A stretch of 26,615 bases of DNA from a virus (taxonomy: Duplodnaviria; Caudoviricetes). The translations under genes were made by a program, and so were the position numbers. Positions 25,169-26,615 of this stretch are shown here, one piece after another. The notes beneath the pieces were generated by a model. It worked only from the letters and a program-made list of their open reading frames with translations, did not search any database and was not told the DNA's origin. The stretch covers positions 1-26,615 of IMG/VR virus record IMGVR_UViG_3300046103_002666; one strand, 5' to 3'. The number at the start of each line of letters is the position of its first letter. The stretch's first letter is position 1.

Positions 25169-25413
25169 AACATTGCTCCTTTTTTACTCATTAGAACTAC
25201 CGCCTCGCGGATTACCGCGCTGATTTGCGGGTTGCGCGATTTTGTCATTTTCCGTCGCGTGACCTCTCCGAGGATCAGTTCGTAAATCTCTGGAGGCAGG
25301 GTGACCGTGACCTTGACGAAGCCTCCTTTTTCCCCGTGAGTGCCGTTGACCGATTTTTCAGCTTGAGTCTCGTCGTAGGCCGCCGATAACGACCGCTGCC
25401 TGAGGGATGTCAT
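25165..25413 (-). CDS. Ribbon-helix-helix (CopG/ParG-like) DNA-binding protein
   Basis: Alternating beta strand VKVTVTLP, helix, then ISAVIREAV. SD GGAGGA before ATG 25413; ATGA overlaps at both ends. Confidence 0.7.
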   Translation of the reverse strand: MTSLRQRSLSAAYDETQAEKSVNGTHGEKGGFVKVTVTLPPEIYELILGEVTRRKMTKSRNPQISAVIREAVVLMSKKGAML

Positions 25414-25712
25414 TGTGGTTCCTCCGAGCCTCTGGCGGCGATACCTATCTCTCCCCCGCAAGATGCGTACCCGGCTAAATCTACCCAGCTATCGTGGTGG
25501 CTCGTTTCGCTGGACAGGCGCACGAGCTTGAGTGCGGACAGCAAAATCGCCACCCACGCTGCGTCGAATTTGACGCCTGGACGATTCTCGGTCAGTGCAT
25601 TCCAGACATTTGCTATGCGCTCGAAATTGTCCTCGGGGTCCCCATAAGAGCGCCCGCGCTGGCTAACCGCAACGTGGGCTTCGGCGAGGATTTGCTCGCG
25701 ACCGAGGCTCAT
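25410..25712 (-). CDS. DUF6378-like phage protein
   Basis: R..IL.EA...V..RG..YGDPEDNFERIA.VW......VA......KLVR......DSWVDLAGYA.CG signature. Confidence 0.85.
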   Translation of the reverse strand: MSLGREQILAEAHVAVSQRGRSYGDPEDNFERIANVWNALTENRPGVKFDAAWVAILLSALKLVRLSSETSHHDSWVDLAGYASCGGEIGIAARGSEEPQ

Positions 25713-26329
25713 GCGAACTCTACCGCGTTTGCCGGAGCGGGGATGCTATCCACCGCGACTACCGGTGGTGCGGTCGTCGTCGGAGCATCAAAAACCCCCC
25801 GCGGCGTCCATCCCGTAATTTTCATCTCCGGACCGTAGTTCGTGCCTTTTCCGCTGATGCTGGCAATGCGGCCCGAGAATGTTATGAGTGGGACACTGTC
25901 ATCCGGTCGATCGGTCGAGGACATCCACGTCTCGTGGAGCTCATCAATTTTATCGCGCACACAATACGCGGTGCTCGACCATTCTCGGATTCCGGTGAAC
26001 AGTTTATTGTTCGACACCCGTACCCTGAACCCCTCCTTGTGGTCGTCGCTCGGCCGCGGCATCCACTGGGCGTCTCCGGACATCACCGCGGATGCCTTTA
26101 CCCCCTGAACGTCGACACCGTTGACCAGCCTCATCCAGATCATTTCGATATTATCCATGTCCATGGCGAGACAAAACGGCTGGCCCAAAGGGACTGGAAC
26201 ATTTTCCCAGCCGAGCACGCCTTGCTCTCGATTAATGGCGGACATAGTCCCGCCGCGGGCATCCCACTGGATGCGCCCCAAGAATTCTCCGCCGCTGGAA
26301 GCGCCGCCTTGTAATTTCATGAGTGACAT
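25709..26329 (-). CDS. Probable single-stranded DNA-binding protein
   Basis: Strong SD CAGGAG, beta-rich core, Pro/Ala linker, C-terminal EF-type tail, downstream of a probable exonuclease. Function is inference. Confidence 0.55.
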   Translation of the reverse strand: MSLMKLQGGASSGGEFLGRIQWDARGGTMSAINREQGVLGWENVPVPLGQPFCLAMDMDNIEMIWMRLVNGVDVQGVKASAVMSGDAQWMPRPSDDHKEGFRVRVSNNKLFTGIREWSSTAYCVRDKIDELHETWMSSTDRPDDSVPLITFSGRIASISGKGTNYGPEMKITGWTPRGVFDAPTTTAPPVVAVDSIPAPANAVEFA

Positions 26330-26389
26330 TTTCTTATTCTCCTGTTGAGTTGGTTGCGGTGATTCTCAAATTTCTCGCCTATGCATGAC

Positions 26390-26472
26390 CGAGGGAGCGA
26401 GTTGACCAGAGTTGCTGGCATCTGAGGTTTTTGGTCGACCAAACCGCGGCGTCGACCGGAAGGATACCCTCG
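26390..26472 (-). ncRNA. Candidate structured leader upstream of the SSB-like gene
   Basis: Closing stem CGAGGG/CCCTCG (26390-95/26467-72) encloses hairpins GGTCGAC/GTCGACC (26433-57) and CCAG/CTGG (26406-18). Confidence 0.4.
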
Positions 26473-26475
26473 AAT

Positions 26476-26613
26476 TCAAATTCCAAAAACGTCCTTTCCT
26501 GCCGCCCTCATTATCGGGCTGGACCAATAAAAACTGCTGTAATCAGGAATCAGGGTGCTCGCCAACACGTCGCGATCTGGGGACTGGGACAGCCACCGCT
26601 GTAGACGTTGAGC
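26476..26613 (-). CDS. 3' end of a gene running off the window, probably a PD-(D/E)XK exonuclease
   Basis: Hand translation ...AQRLQRWLSQSPDRDVLASTLIPDYSSFYWSSPIMRAAGKDVFGI*. The P.Y.SFYW tail and the position upstream of SSB suggest a phage exonuclease. Confidence 0.5.
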   Translation of the reverse strand, partial: AQRLQRWLSQSPDRDVLASTLIPDYSSFYWSSPIMRAAGKDVFGI

Positions 26614-26615
26614 GA

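Noticed and set aside
26330-26475. tRNA in the terminal intergenic gap
   Set aside because: No T-loop GTTCRA, D-loop consensus or cloverleaf spacing.

Overview
The window is a 26.6 kb piece of a GC-rich tailed phage or prophage genome with podovirus (P22-like) gene order. The host is probably a proteobacterium, likely alphaproteobacterial (inference). From 33 to 23480 the + strand carries a tightly coupled late operon: terminase large subunit, a 1013-aa accessory protein, two small or low-complexity genes, portal, scaffold, major capsid, head-tail adaptor, tail-fibre and Gly-rich module, gp10-like tail hub, GNAT-like protein, three ejection proteins, a small nuclease, and a lysis cassette that includes a mini MscS-like gene and a GH24 lysozyme. 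From 23481 to 26615 the - strand carries early/middle genes: small DNA-binding proteins, a stand-alone TSCPD-like protein, a ParB-like DGQHR protein, an RHH protein, a DUF6378-like protein, a probable SSB and the end of a probable exonuclease. The most interesting observations are: (1) between terL and portal, a large protein with a probable HhH-glycosylase-like domain faces a small antisense gene with its own near-consensus sigma70 promoter, a candidate injected effector-immunity pair; (2) a terminal Gly-Leu-Leu motif shared by the putative internal/ejected proteins, a candidate capsid-loading signal; (3) two covarying hairpins with the same CAC/A internal loop flank the scaffold RBS; (4) a Cys-initiated C-terminal domain on the first ejection protein. 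Family assignments come from motif recognition and synteny only; no searches were run. No integrase, tRNA, CRISPR or reverse transcriptase was seen.
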